From IMG/VR virus record IMGVR_UViG_3300028569_000020, positions 1 to 64,000 of that record: a stretch of DNA of 64,000 nucleotides, one strand, 5' to 3'. Origin of the DNA: a virus. The notes below the pieces were generated by a model. It was not told the origin of the DNA, ran no database searches, and saw nothing but the letters and a program-made list of their open reading frames with translations. A program made the position numbers and the translations under genes. Positions 45,625-55,323 of the stretch are shown here, piece by piece. Position 1 is the stretch's first letter, and the number at the start of each line of letters is the position of its first letter.

Positions 45625-47475
45625 ATGAGCCCTATAATTGGAAGTTTTACGAGCGGAAGAGCTTTTGGTAAATTAAAATCGGGAGGTGGTGGAATTCCAT
45701 CTGAATATTTTTCAGTTAACGGATACAATTTGATTTCTGGAATTAGTGGATCGGTAAATTCAGAATGGGAAAAAGTATATTCTACTCCTGGATCATATAC
45801 ATATCAACACCCACCGACAGCAACTGAAGCATATGTTTTAATTGTTGGTGGCGGTGCAGGTGGCGGAGCATATCATGCAGGTGGTGGGGGAGCAGGTGGA
45901 GTAGTATATGGAAAAATTAATTTAACAGCGGCAGGATCAACTGCAGTTGTAGTTGGAGATAGAGGTAGAGGTGGCCAGCGGGATGGTAATGGTAGTAATG
46001 ATGGAGAGCAAGGAGCAGATAGTCAATTTGGTACTTTTGTTGCTAAGGGTGGTGGTGGCGGTCGGTGGAGATGTACTTCTGTAGACGGTGGATCTGGAGG
46101 TGGTGGAGGACATCACGCAAGTAGTCAATGTGGGCAGAGTGAGAGAATGAGTGTTTCGACTCAACCTTCTTATAGTGGTATGCGTACACTTGGCCATGGT
46201 GGGGGACATGGACAGAATGGCCATGGTGCTGGCGGTGGTGGTGGTGCTGGACGTGCTGGAGATCTTTCTATTACTGGTGGTAGAAATGGTCAAGGTGGAG
46301 CAGGTACTTTCTTATTGGGTAGAGGTATTGCTGGCGGTGGAGGTGGAGGTGCTTACAGTGGACAACTTAACGTTGCCATGCCAGGTGGATCTGGTGGTGG
46401 TGGACATGGAAGAACTGAAAATGTATCAGCAGATCAAGCAACTTCTCATGGTTCTGGGGGTGGCGGAGGTGGTCACACTTCTGGATCTGGTGGATCTGGA
46501 TCTGTTGGATTGGTTGCTATTAAATTACATGCTGGAGAATCGATTGGACAACTAATTTCAAACACATATTTTTCAAATAATGGTTTTAGTTTAGTTAGTG
46601 GCAGTGGAGGAAATGCTACTTATAGAAAAGATTTTACATCTGCATCATCTTTCACATTTACTGCTCCAGATGTTAATGGCACAGCCAGGATCATTTTAGT
46701 TGGTGGAGGTGGTCAATCTGCTGCAGCTCATGCTGGCGGTGGTGGCGGTGGTGGAGTTGTAATAGGAAATTATTCTTTTACAGCAAATCAAAGTATTAAT
46801 GGTATTGTTGGTCCTGGAGGTAGTGCGGGCACATCCTATGGAGGTCCTGGTAATAATGGAGGTAATTCTACATTTGGTATCTGGACTGCTCTAGGTGGTG
46901 GTGGTGGCGACGGAACTAACTCAAGTCAAGGTGCCAACGCTGGTGGTTCTGGAGGAGGTGGAGGTCCTTCTTCTGGTGCTCCTAACAGCGGACATACTGC
47001 TGGAGGTGGATCTAATCAACCTGGACAATCTAATCCTGGAGCATATTATAACTTAGGACATGCGGGAGGTGCAGGTAATATAGTATATGGCGCTCATGCA
47101 TCTGGCGGTGGTGGAGGAGCAGGAGGGCACGGACATATTAGTAATGGAACTGCATCGGGTGGTACTCATTCTAAAGCAAATGCAGACGGTGGAATGGGAT
47201 ATTATTCACCGTTTTTAAATACTCATTGGGGTGGCGGCGGCGGCGGCGGCGGTCATAATGGTAATGCTTGGAATGCAGGCGGAACAGGAGGACTTGGCGG
47301 CGGCGGTGATGGATCAGGTGAGGGTGGCAAAGGTGGTGCAGGTGGTAATAATACAGGAGGAGGTGGAGGTGGATCTGGTCACGGAAGTGGTGATGGATCG
47401 GCATCTGCTGGCGGCAGTGGTGTTTGTATTGTTTTACTACGAGCAGATGCCGTCGCATCTAGGATTCCCGAATAA
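45625..47475 (+). CDS. Glycine-rich adhesin / receptor-binding protein with two tandem Gly-rich domains
   Basis: VGGGAGGG...GGGGAGG...GSVGLVAI pattern present twice; follows the fibre gene, as polyglycine adhesins do. Confidence 0.7.
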   Translation: MSPIIGSFTSGRAFGKLKSGGGGIPSEYFSVNGYNLISGISGSVNSEWEKVYSTPGSYTYQHPPTATEAYVLIVGGGAGGGAYHAGGGGAGGVVYGKINLTAAGSTAVVVGDRGRGGQRDGNGSNDGEQGADSQFGTFVAKGGGGGRWRCTSVDGGSGGGGGHHASSQCGQSERMSVSTQPSYSGMRTLGHGGGHGQNGHGAGGGGGAGRAGDLSITGGRNGQGGAGTFLLGRGIAGGGGGGAYSGQLNVAMPGGSGGGGHGRTENVSADQATSHGSGGGGGGHTSGSGGSGSVGLVAIKLHAGESIGQLISNTYFSNNGFSLVSGSGGNATYRKDFTSASSFTFTAPDVNGTARIILVGGGGQSAAAHAGGGGGGGVVIGNYSFTANQSINGIVGPGGSAGTSYGGPGNNGGNSTFGIWTALGGGGGDGTNSSQGANAGGSGGGGGPSSGAPNSGHTAGGGSNQPGQSNPGAYYNLGHAGGAGNIVYGAHASGGGGGAGGHGHISNGTASGGTHSKANADGGMGYYSPFLNTHWGGGGGGGGHNGNAWNAGGTGGLGGGGDGSGEGGKGGAGGNNTGGGGGGSGHGSGDGSASAGGSGVCIVLLRADAVASRIPE

Positions 47476-47504
47476 TTGACAAAAATCAACAGATGTGATA
47501 TAAT
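47476..47504 (+). promoter_or_regulatory. Perfect sigma70 promoter with extended -10
   Basis: TTGACA (47476-47481), 17-bp spacer, TGaTATAAT (hexamer 47499-47504). Confidence 0.85.
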
Positions 47505-47528
47505 TTAATTATACATACTACATTTTAT

Positions 47529-48092
47529 ATGATTAAAATAATAGATAATGTAATCTCGTCTAGGTATCGAAATAACATAGAAGCAATTTTTTTTAGTGAT
47601 GATTGTTATTGGAATTTCAATACCAACGTTTCTGGAGATAATAAAACAAAACAAGTTGGATTATCACATCAAATAATATACAATTTTAAACATCACAGCA
47701 AACATGTAGATTTTCTATTACCATTAGTATTCGAAATTTCTGATAAATCAAATGTAAATTTTGATGCTATTCTACAAGCAAGAGCATTTTTGCAACCAGC
47801 TTCTACTTGTGAATATGATAATGATGTTTTTCATGTAGATGTTTTTAGAAATCATATGGTATTTTTATATTATGTAAATGATTCTGACGGCGATACTATC
47901 ATTCTAAATAAAAAATATGGTGACGAGCAACCTTCTTTTCTTGACCGAAATTATAGAAAAGAAGATATCTTGGAAAAGGTAACTCCTAAAAAAGGAAGAG
48001 TTGTAGTCTTTGACGGTCATCACTATCACGCAGCTGGAATACCCCAGACATCACATAGGTGCATTTTAAATTTTAACGTAGTAAAGCATTAA
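47529..48092 (+). CDS. 2OG-Fe(II) oxygenase-like protein
   Basis: HVD...LYYVNDSDGDT...VTPKKGRVVVFDG..YHA....R..LNFN facial-triad pattern. Confidence 0.8.
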   Translation: MIKIIDNVISSRYRNNIEAIFFSDDCYWNFNTNVSGDNKTKQVGLSHQIIYNFKHHSKHVDFLLPLVFEISDKSNVNFDAILQARAFLQPASTCEYDNDVFHVDVFRNHMVFLYYVNDSDGDTIILNKKYGDEQPSFLDRNYRKEDILEKVTPKKGRVVVFDGHHYHAAGIPQTSHRCILNFNVVKH

Positions 48093-48182
48093 ATAATGCA
48101 CAATGTAAATACGTTTTAAATATTAACTATTTTTAATCGTATAAATTATTAATATAACTTCATCATTATTCTGGAGAAAAAT

Positions 48183-49772
48183 ATGGCTTGGAAATCAGAT
48201 AAAATTGTTATTATTGGAGGAGGATCTGCAGGATGGATGAGCGCATCAACATTAGTTAGATTCTTTCCAAATAAAGATATTACGGTTATAGAAAGTCCCG
48301 ATATTCCAACAGTTGGAGTTGGAGAAAGTACTCTAGGATTTATTAGAGCATGGACATCTTCTTTAGGAATTGACGAAAAAGATTTTATGAAGCACACTGA
48401 TGCCTCATATAAATTAAGTATTAAATTTACAGATTTTTATAAAAAAAATTCAGGAGGATTTCATTATCCATTTGGTACTCCACATTTCACTGATAAAAAT
48501 TTTCTTGGATTGCGAGATTGGGATTTAAAAAAACATTATTATCCTGATACTCGAGTACAAGATTATTGTAGAACATTTTTTCCTGCAATGGCTTTGATAG
48601 AAAATAATAAAATTAGTCAAAATGAAGGTGGAGAATTTGGAGCATTTAGATTTGACAATGACGTAGCATATCACTTTGATTCTGTTAAATTTTCAATTTG
48701 GCTACGAGATAATTATGCTTTACCCAGAGGAGTAAAACATATTAAAGCAACAGTTAAAAACGTTGTTACTGATGATAGTGGGGTAAAAGAAGTTATTCTT
48801 GATAGCGGAGATGTAATCACCGCTGATTTATTTGTTGATTGCACTGGATGGAAAAGTATGCTTTTGGGCGATGCTTTAAAAGTTCCTTTCACTTCATATA
48901 ATGATATTATTCCAAATAATAGAGCATGGGCAACTCAGGTGCCTTATATAAATCCAGAAGAAGAAATGGAACCATATACAAATTGCACAGCAATTGATAA
49001 TGGTTGGGTTTGGAATATTCCACTATTTACCAGAATTGGTACAGGATATGTTTATAGCGACAAATATATTTCTAAAGAAGATGCCTTAAATCAATTTAAA
49101 AATCATCTTAAAACTAAGATGACAATTGTTGATGCCAATAGAATTACTGATGATTTAAACTTTAAAGATATTGAAATGAGAATTGGTATTCATGATAGAC
49201 CATGGGAAAAAAATGTAGTTTCTATTGGATTAGCATGTGGATTTATAGAACCATTAGAAAGTAATGGTCTTCTTACAATACACGAATTTTTATTAAAATT
49301 AGTAAAATATTTAAACAGAGAAATTATTTCTCAATGGGATATTGATAGTTATAATACTGGCACAAAAAGATTTTTCAGAACTTTTGCTGAATTTGTTGCT
49401 TTACATTACGCATTAAGTGCAAGAAACGATACTGAATATTGGAATGATGTCACTAGTAAAAGTTTTTCTCCATCTATGGTTGATTTAGTACCTTCAATGG
49501 TAGAAGGATTTGCGGATATGTCATCTAAAAAATTTGATGTTAGCGATTTTAATAATACTGCAGGAATCCATTGTTTAGCTCATGGGATGAGATATGATAC
49601 TATTGATGAATCAGTAATTGCACAATGGTCACATTATAATAAGCACGTAGATTATAAAAAAATAACAGATGAATTAATTCCTATATGGAATAAAGAGCAA
49701 AGACAATGGAAGCGAGAAGCAGAAGATTGTCCCACTGTTTATGAATATTTGAAAAATAATATTCATAATTAA
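48183..49772 (+). CDS. Flavin-dependent tryptophan halogenase family protein (PrnA-like)
   Basis: GGGSAG, GVGEST, catalytic-Lys region YKLSIKF, GWVWNIP (WxWxIP), GFIEPLESNG. Confidence 0.92.
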   Translation: MAWKSDKIVIIGGGSAGWMSASTLVRFFPNKDITVIESPDIPTVGVGESTLGFIRAWTSSLGIDEKDFMKHTDASYKLSIKFTDFYKKNSGGFHYPFGTPHFTDKNFLGLRDWDLKKHYYPDTRVQDYCRTFFPAMALIENNKISQNEGGEFGAFRFDNDVAYHFDSVKFSIWLRDNYALPRGVKHIKATVKNVVTDDSGVKEVILDSGDVITADLFVDCTGWKSMLLGDALKVPFTSYNDIIPNNRAWATQVPYINPEEEMEPYTNCTAIDNGWVWNIPLFTRIGTGYVYSDKYISKEDALNQFKNHLKTKMTIVDANRITDDLNFKDIEMRIGIHDRPWEKNVVSIGLACGFIEPLESNGLLTIHEFLLKLVKYLNREIISQWDIDSYNTGTKRFFRTFAEFVALHYALSARNDTEYWNDVTSKSFSPSMVDLVPSMVEGFADMSSKKFDVSDFNNTAGIHCLAHGMRYDTIDESVIAQWSHYNKHVDYKKITDELIPIWNKEQRQWKREAEDCPTVYEYLKNNIHN

Positions 49773-49775
49773 TTT

Positions 49776-49812
49776 AAAACCCTTCTTATAAATACATAAG
49801 AAGGGTTTTTTT
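49776..49812 (+). terminator. Terminator hairpin with a late promoter in its loop region
   Basis: AAAACCCTTCTTAT-AAATAC-ATAAGAAGGGTTTT plus TTT; TATAAATA at 49787-49794. Confidence 0.8.
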
Positions 49813-49818
49813 GTATTC

Positions 49819-50631
49819 ATGTCCAAGTCTCAACCAGCTACAAGAGAAGAGTTGAAAGAATACTGTCTTCGTAGATTGGGAGCTCCTGTTCTGGAAATTA
49901 ACGTTGACGAAGATCAGATTGAAGATCTTATTGATATGTCTTTACAGTATTTTAATGAGCGACATTCTGATGGTGTTGAAAAAATGTTTCTTAAACATAA
50001 ATTCACTGAAGCAGATGTAACAAGATTTCAAACAAGTAATGCTATCACCACTTCTTCAAATGGTGACACATGGGAAGAGCGTAATAATTACTTAGAGGTG
50101 CCAGATCACATTATTGGAGTAGAAAGATTATTCTCGTTTGTTTCTTCTTCTATTCGTGGTGATTTATTTGGTATAGAATATCAAATGTTTCTTAATGATC
50201 TTTATGCATTTGGATCTCTTGATATTTTAAACTATTACATGACAAAATCATATCTAGAAACATTGGATATGGTTTTAAATACTGGGTCTATGATTCAGTT
50301 ACGATATACCAAACGTCAAAATCGTTTGTATATTGATTACGAGCCTAAAACTATCACCAAAGATAGAATCATTGTTGTTGAATGTTATCGAGCACTCAAC
50401 CCAAATGATTATGTAAAAATATTTAATGATAGTTTTTTAAAACGTTATATTTCTGCACAAATTAAAAAACAATGGGGGCAAAACCTTATCAAATTTAATG
50501 GAGTGCAACTTCCTGGTGGAGTTTCTCTTAATGGAGAAAAATTATACGAAGAAGGAAAAGCGGAAATTGCTGATATTGAAAACAAAATGCAATCGGAATA
50601 TGAATTACCACCAAACTTTTTGACAGGTTAA
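49819..50631 (+). CDS. gp13: Neck protein gp13
   Basis: LKEYCLRRLGAPVLEINV; KKQWGQNLIKF..LPGG. Confidence 0.95.
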   Translation: MSKSQPATREELKEYCLRRLGAPVLEINVDEDQIEDLIDMSLQYFNERHSDGVEKMFLKHKFTEADVTRFQTSNAITTSSNGDTWEERNNYLEVPDHIIGVERLFSFVSSSIRGDLFGIEYQMFLNDLYAFGSLDILNYYMTKSYLETLDMVLNTGSMIQLRYTKRQNRLYIDYEPKTITKDRIIVVECYRALNPNDYVKIFNDSFLKRYISAQIKKQWGQNLIKFNGVQLPGGVSLNGEKLYEEGKAEIADIENKMQSEYELPPNFLTG

Positions 50632-50632
50632 T

Positions 50633-51547
50633 ATGGCAAAAAGTGTATATTTTCCACAACACGGTGGAATATCTCCAGAGCAAACTTTAATACAAGATTT
50701 AGTTGATGAGCAATTAAAATTATTTGGTGCTGAGGTTTTTTATATTCCTCGCCAAATGCTCATTGATAGATCTTTAGGAGACGTAGTGATGTCTCGATTT
50801 AAAGAAGCATATTTAATTGAAATGTATCTTGTAAACGTAGAAGGTTTTGGTGCACAATCAGAATTTATTTCTAAGTTTGGTTTACGAGTTACAGATGAGA
50901 TTACGTTTATTGTTTCACAACGTCGTTGGGAAGATGTAGTAAGTAAATCAATTACTTTGAAAGTGCCACCAAGACCAAATGAAGGAGATTTAATTTATTA
51001 TTCTTTAACTGATGATTTTTATGAAATCAAATTTGTAGAAAGAGAATCACCATTCTACCAGTTAGGAAAAATTTATTATTTTACGATGACAGCTGAAATT
51101 TATGAAGCAGGTAACGCAATATTTGAAACAGGAAATGCAAATCTTGATAGCATTAGTAAAAGTAATCAAGATGCATATCTATTCCCAGTATATTTAAAAG
51201 TTAATGGTACAGGCAATTACAACATACAAGAAAAAGTTAATCAAACATATACACCACCAAATTCGCTTACTCCTGTTACAGTAACAGCTACTGTTGCTGA
51301 TTGGGAACCAGCACAACGGTTATTGAAACTAACATATATAAATGGTAATCTAGCACCCAATGTGAGTTTGATCGGACAAACCAGTGGTGCTACACATGTC
51401 GTTGATAGTTTCTCTACAATCGATATAGAATTAGAAAACAATGATTTTGCACAAAATAAATACTTTGAAGATTCGGCAGACGATCTCATTGATTTCGAGG
51501 AAGGAAATCCGTTTGGTGAATTTGGAGATATCGGAGGATCATTCTAA
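50633..51547 (+). CDS. gp14: Neck protein gp14
   Basis: ISKFGL, RPNEGDLIY, PFYQLGK, DFEEGNPFG. Confidence 0.93.
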   Translation: MAKSVYFPQHGGISPEQTLIQDLVDEQLKLFGAEVFYIPRQMLIDRSLGDVVMSRFKEAYLIEMYLVNVEGFGAQSEFISKFGLRVTDEITFIVSQRRWEDVVSKSITLKVPPRPNEGDLIYYSLTDDFYEIKFVERESPFYQLGKIYYFTMTAEIYEAGNAIFETGNANLDSISKSNQDAYLFPVYLKVNGTGNYNIQEKVNQTYTPPNSLTPVTVTATVADWEPAQRLLKLTYINGNLAPNVSLIGQTSGATHVVDSFSTIDIELENNDFAQNKYFEDSADDLIDFEEGNPFGEFGDIGGSF

Positions 51548-52347
51548 TGTTAGGTAATCATTTTTATCATTCATGCATTAAAAAAACAGTTGTTGGATTT
51601 GGCACACTGTTTAATAATATTCAAATAATTAAAAGAGATCCACAATCTGGTGTGGAAATAGAGCGTCAAAAAGTTGCTATTGCTTATGGTCCAAAAAATA
51701 AATATCTTGCTAGATTAGAGCAAAATGCAGATGTAGGTCGTAAAGTTGGTATTACATTACCAAGAATTTCTTTTGAAATGACTTCAATAAATTATGATCC
51801 ATCTAGAAAAACAAGTCCAATTTTAAAATATTTAAAAGAATCTGGATCTAGCACTGGAGTAAAAACACAATATATGCCAGTGCCTTATAATATTGGATTT
51901 CAGTTAGGCATTATATCAAAATCACAAGACGATGCTTTACAAATTATAGAACAAATTTTACCATACTTTCAACCATCTTTTAATATCAGTATTGAGATGA
52001 TTCCAGAAATGGATGAAAGTAGAGATATTGCTTATGTATTAAATTCTATTAATTATGATGATGAATATGAAGACGACTTTTTAGTAAGACGAAGCATAGT
52101 ATACACTTTAGAATTTACAGCAAAAAGTTATCTTTACGGTCCAGTTGTTAATGCTGATATTATTCGCAAAGCAATTGTTGATACTTCACTTGGTAATTTA
52201 GCAGTACATAAACGATCTATAAGATATACAGTAGAGCCAGAAGCATTAACAGATATTAATAATGATGGCACAATAAACAATACTGATACTTTATTGCTTA
52301 CTCCAGATGATGACTTTGGATTTAATGAGGGTATAACATTGTTATGA
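51547..52347 (+). CDS. gp15: Tail sheath stabiliser/terminator gp15
   Basis: FYH..IKKTVVGFGTLFNNI, LPRISFE, QIIEQILPYFQP. Confidence 0.95.
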   Translation: MLGNHFYHSCIKKTVVGFGTLFNNIQIIKRDPQSGVEIERQKVAIAYGPKNKYLARLEQNADVGRKVGITLPRISFEMTSINYDPSRKTSPILKYLKESGSSTGVKTQYMPVPYNIGFQLGIISKSQDDALQIIEQILPYFQPSFNISIEMIPEMDESRDIAYVLNSINYDDEYEDDFLVRRSIVYTLEFTAKSYLYGPVVNADIIRKAIVDTSLGNLAVHKRSIRYTVEPEALTDINNDGTINNTDTLLLTPDDDFGFNEGITLL

Positions 52348-52748
52348 GTAAATTTAATAATAACATGGAAGAGATCTTTGATATAGAAACAGCAAAATTA
52401 GATGAAAAAATTATACCCATCACTACAGAAAACCATGATATAGAAAAAGATTATAATTATACAAGAGGAGAGTTGTATAACCTTCTCAGCAAGGGTCAGG
52501 AAGCGGTGCAAGGCGCATTGGAGGTTGCACAAGAATCAGGGCACCCAAGAGCGTATGAGGTTGCTGTAAACGCTATAAAGCAAGTATCAGACATAGCTGA
52601 TAAATTAATCGATCTACAACAGAAGATGAAAAATTTAAACAAAGATGAATCTAAAAAAAGTCCAACTTCTGTAACTAACAATGCAATTTTTCTAGGAAGC
52701 ACAGCAGACCTTCAACAAATGCTGAAGCGAGGAAAGGTAGAAGAATAA
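52344..52748 (+). CDS. gp16: Terminase small subunit gp16
   Basis: DYNYTR, HPRAYEV, NNAIFLGSTADL. Confidence 0.92.
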   Translation: MSKFNNNMEEIFDIETAKLDEKIIPITTENHDIEKDYNYTRGELYNLLSKGQEAVQGALEVAQESGHPRAYEVAVNAIKQVSDIADKLIDLQQKMKNLNKDESKKSPTSVTNNAIFLGSTADLQQMLKRGKVEE

Positions 52749-52771
52749 ATATAACATAAAAGGTATATCAT

Positions 52772-53047
52772 ATGAGACTTAAAATTTTAGGAACGGAAGT
52801 AGCTCTTCCAACATCTGCTGGCACTGCGATTACTGTAGGCGGAGCAACAGAAGTTCGTTTAATGCACGATGCTCAAGGTAATACAGCTCACTTAGTTACT
52901 ATCACTGATGGCGAAGCTTCTCCAACAACAGTAGCAACATTTAGCATGTCTCCAGCAGAGACATTGGTTATTCGTAAATTACCAACACAAAAAATATTTG
53001 CTTCTAATGATGATGTAAGAGCTGTCGCTGTTTCTTATCAGGGATGA
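52772..53047 (+). CDS. Hypothetical protein
   Basis: ORF track; AATAAATA late box at 52744-52751. Confidence 0.75.
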   Translation: MRLKILGTEVALPTSAGTAITVGGATEVRLMHDAQGNTAHLVTITDGEASPTTVATFSMSPAETLVIRKLPTQKIFASNDDVRAVAVSYQG

Positions 53048-53112
53048 AAACTTTTACTGAGTTACGAGAGCATCTCAACGCATACGAAACTTCCATGGAA
53101 TTGTTAATATGA
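53044..53112 (+). CDS. 22-aa micro-ORF MKTFTELREHLNAYETSMELLI
   Basis: ATGA overlaps on both sides; N-terminus resembles a T4 capsid-targeting sequence. Confidence 0.35.
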   Translation: MKTFTELREHLNAYETSMELLI

Positions 53113-53198
53113 CTAATATATTAATTACTGCGATTTCTTTATACGCAATTATTTTTACATCAATATACTGGGCTTTATCAGAAGCTTACATTAAATAA
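53109..53198 (+). CDS. 29-aa membrane peptide MTNILITAISLYAIIFTSIYWALSEAYIK
   Basis: Single hydrophobic helix; fills the gap, with coupled start and stop. Confidence 0.5.
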   Translation: MTNILITAISLYAIIFTSIYWALSEAYIK

Positions 53199-53199
53199 T

Positions 53200-53439
53200 A
53201 TGAACACTAAACAATGCTCTAAATGTGGTGCTTGCTGGATGGGAGGTCAACATTATTGGTCTGGCACTGGTAAACTTGGCAATGAAACAGAATTAGCATC
53301 ATTGGTATGTGACATGGTTAATTCAGATGAATGTATTAACCCAGCAAAAGGCACTACAACTGGTGATGGATGGGCAAAAAGATTCGAAGCATTAGAATCA
53401 TTTGAAAGAGATATGGAGAAATTAAAAGATTATGAATGA
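53200..53439 (+). CDS. Small Cys-rich hypothetical protein
   Basis: CSKCGACW...LVC...CIN. Confidence 0.75.
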   Translation: MNTKQCSKCGACWMGGQHYWSGTGKLGNETELASLVCDMVNSDECINPAKGTTTGDGWAKRFEALESFERDMEKLKDYE

Positions 53440-55096
53440 CGCAGTTTATTTGGGTAATCCAAATTTAAAAAAAGCAAACACATCAATTAACTTTACAAAA
53501 AAACAAATACAAGAGTTTATTAAATGTAAAGATAATCCAGTGTATTTTGCTAGAGAATATATGAAAATTGTTTCTCTTGATGAAGGTCTTGTACCATTTA
53601 AACTGTATGACTTTCAAGAAAAGTTAATTGATAATTTTCATAATAATAGATTTAATATTGCAAAGTTGCCTAGACAAACGGGAAAATCAACTACAGTTAT
53701 TTCTTATCTATTACATTATGCATTGTTTAATGACAATGTAAAGATTGCGATTCTAGCAAACAAGGCAGAAACTTCTAGAGAATTATTATCTCGTTTGCAA
53801 CTAGCATACGAGAATCTTCCTAAGTGGATGCAAATGGGAGTTTTAGAATGGAATAAAGGATCTATGCAGTTAGAAAATAATAGTAAAATTATTGCTGCTT
53901 CAACATCTTCTAGCGCCGTTAGAGGAAACTCATTTAATATTATCTTTCTTGATGAGTTTGCGTTTATTCCAAATCATATTGCAGAGCAATTCTTTAGCTC
54001 TGTGTATCCTACTATCTCATCTGGTAAGACCACAAAAGTTATTATTATTTCTACCCCACAGGGTATGAATATGTTTTACAAGTTATGGCACGATGCAGAG
54101 CGTGGCAAAAATGGTTACGTGCCTCTGGAAGTGCACTGGTCTCAAGTGCCTGGTAGAGATGCAGCTTGGAAAGAAGAAACAATTAGAAACACTTCTGCTC
54201 GTCAATTTACTCAAGAATTCGAATGCGAATTTTTAGGGTCAGTTGATACTCTTATATCTGCTGCTAAGTTACGGTCTATGGTTTTTGAAGATCCCATACA
54301 AGATAATAGTAAGGGTCTTAAAGTATACGAAAAAGTAATTGCAGAAAAAGATTACATCATAACAGTTGATGTATCTCGTGGTACATGCAATGATTACTCC
54401 GCTTTTGTTGTATTTGATATCACTACTTTGCCTTGGAAAATAGTTGCTAAGTATAGAAATAATGAAATTAAACCAATTTTATTTCCTAACATTATAGATC
54501 AAGTTGCTCGCAATTATAACAAAGCATATATTCTTATTGAGATAAACGACATTGGAGAACAAGTTGGTAATATTCTTCACTACGATTTAGAATATCCAAA
54601 TGTATTAATGTGCGCTATGCGTGGTAGAGCAGGTCAGATTGTAGGTCAAGGATTCTCTGGCACTAAATCTCAACTAGGTTTGAAGATGTCTAAGGTGACT
54701 AAAAAAATTGGATGCTCTAATTTAAAAACCTTGATTGAAGATGATAAGTTAATAATCACGGATTACGAAATCATTAGTGAGTTAACTACATTCATTCAAA
54801 AAAATCAATCTTTTGAAGCAGATGACGGTCACAATGATGACTTAGTAATGTGTTTAGTTATATTTGCATGGTTAGCAGTGCAACCGTATTTCAAAGAAAT
54901 GACTGATAATGATGTCAGGAAAAGAATATATGATGATCAAGCAAATCAAATAGAACAAGATATGGCACCATTTGGATTTGTTTCGAATGGATTAGAAGAA
55001 TTAGAATCTAAATTTGTTGATGAAAATGGAGATGTTTGGCATCTAGATGAATACGGAGATGTAGCTACAGACGTATCATATATGATGAATTACTGA
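53432..55096 (+). CDS. gp17: Terminase large subunit gp17
   Basis: Walker A LPRQTGKST, Walker B IIFLDEFAF, DVSRG and HNDDLVM nuclease motifs. Confidence 0.98.
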   Translation: MNDAVYLGNPNLKKANTSINFTKKQIQEFIKCKDNPVYFAREYMKIVSLDEGLVPFKLYDFQEKLIDNFHNNRFNIAKLPRQTGKSTTVISYLLHYALFNDNVKIAILANKAETSRELLSRLQLAYENLPKWMQMGVLEWNKGSMQLENNSKIIAASTSSSAVRGNSFNIIFLDEFAFIPNHIAEQFFSSVYPTISSGKTTKVIIISTPQGMNMFYKLWHDAERGKNGYVPLEVHWSQVPGRDAAWKEETIRNTSARQFTQEFECEFLGSVDTLISAAKLRSMVFEDPIQDNSKGLKVYEKVIAEKDYIITVDVSRGTCNDYSAFVVFDITTLPWKIVAKYRNNEIKPILFPNIIDQVARNYNKAYILIEINDIGEQVGNILHYDLEYPNVLMCAMRGRAGQIVGQGFSGTKSQLGLKMSKVTKKIGCSNLKTLIEDDKLIITDYEIISELTTFIQKNQSFEADDGHNDDLVMCLVIFAWLAVQPYFKEMTDNDVRKRIYDDQANQIEQDMAPFGFVSNGLEELESKFVDENGDVWHLDEYGDVATDVSYMMNY

Positions 55097-55323
55097 TGGA
55101 CTTAGAAGATCAAGTTTCTTTATCACATTTACTTTTTAAAGAAAGAAAATGTAGTATTTGCAGGGAAGTTAAAGATTTATTATCAGATTATTATCCTATT
55201 CGTAAGTTAAAAAGACATTTACCATCTTCATATTCTTACGAATGTAAGTCATGTGCAGCGCAAAGAATTATATCATTACGAAATGGACAGTATCTTCCTG
55301 AAGAAAGATATCCTAACTGGTAA
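55096..55323 (+). CDS. Small zinc-finger protein
   Basis: CSIC...YSYECKSC. Confidence 0.75.
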   Translation: MDLEDQVSLSHLLFKERKCSICREVKDLLSDYYPIRKLKRHLPSSYSYECKSCAAQRIISLRNGQYLPEERYPNW

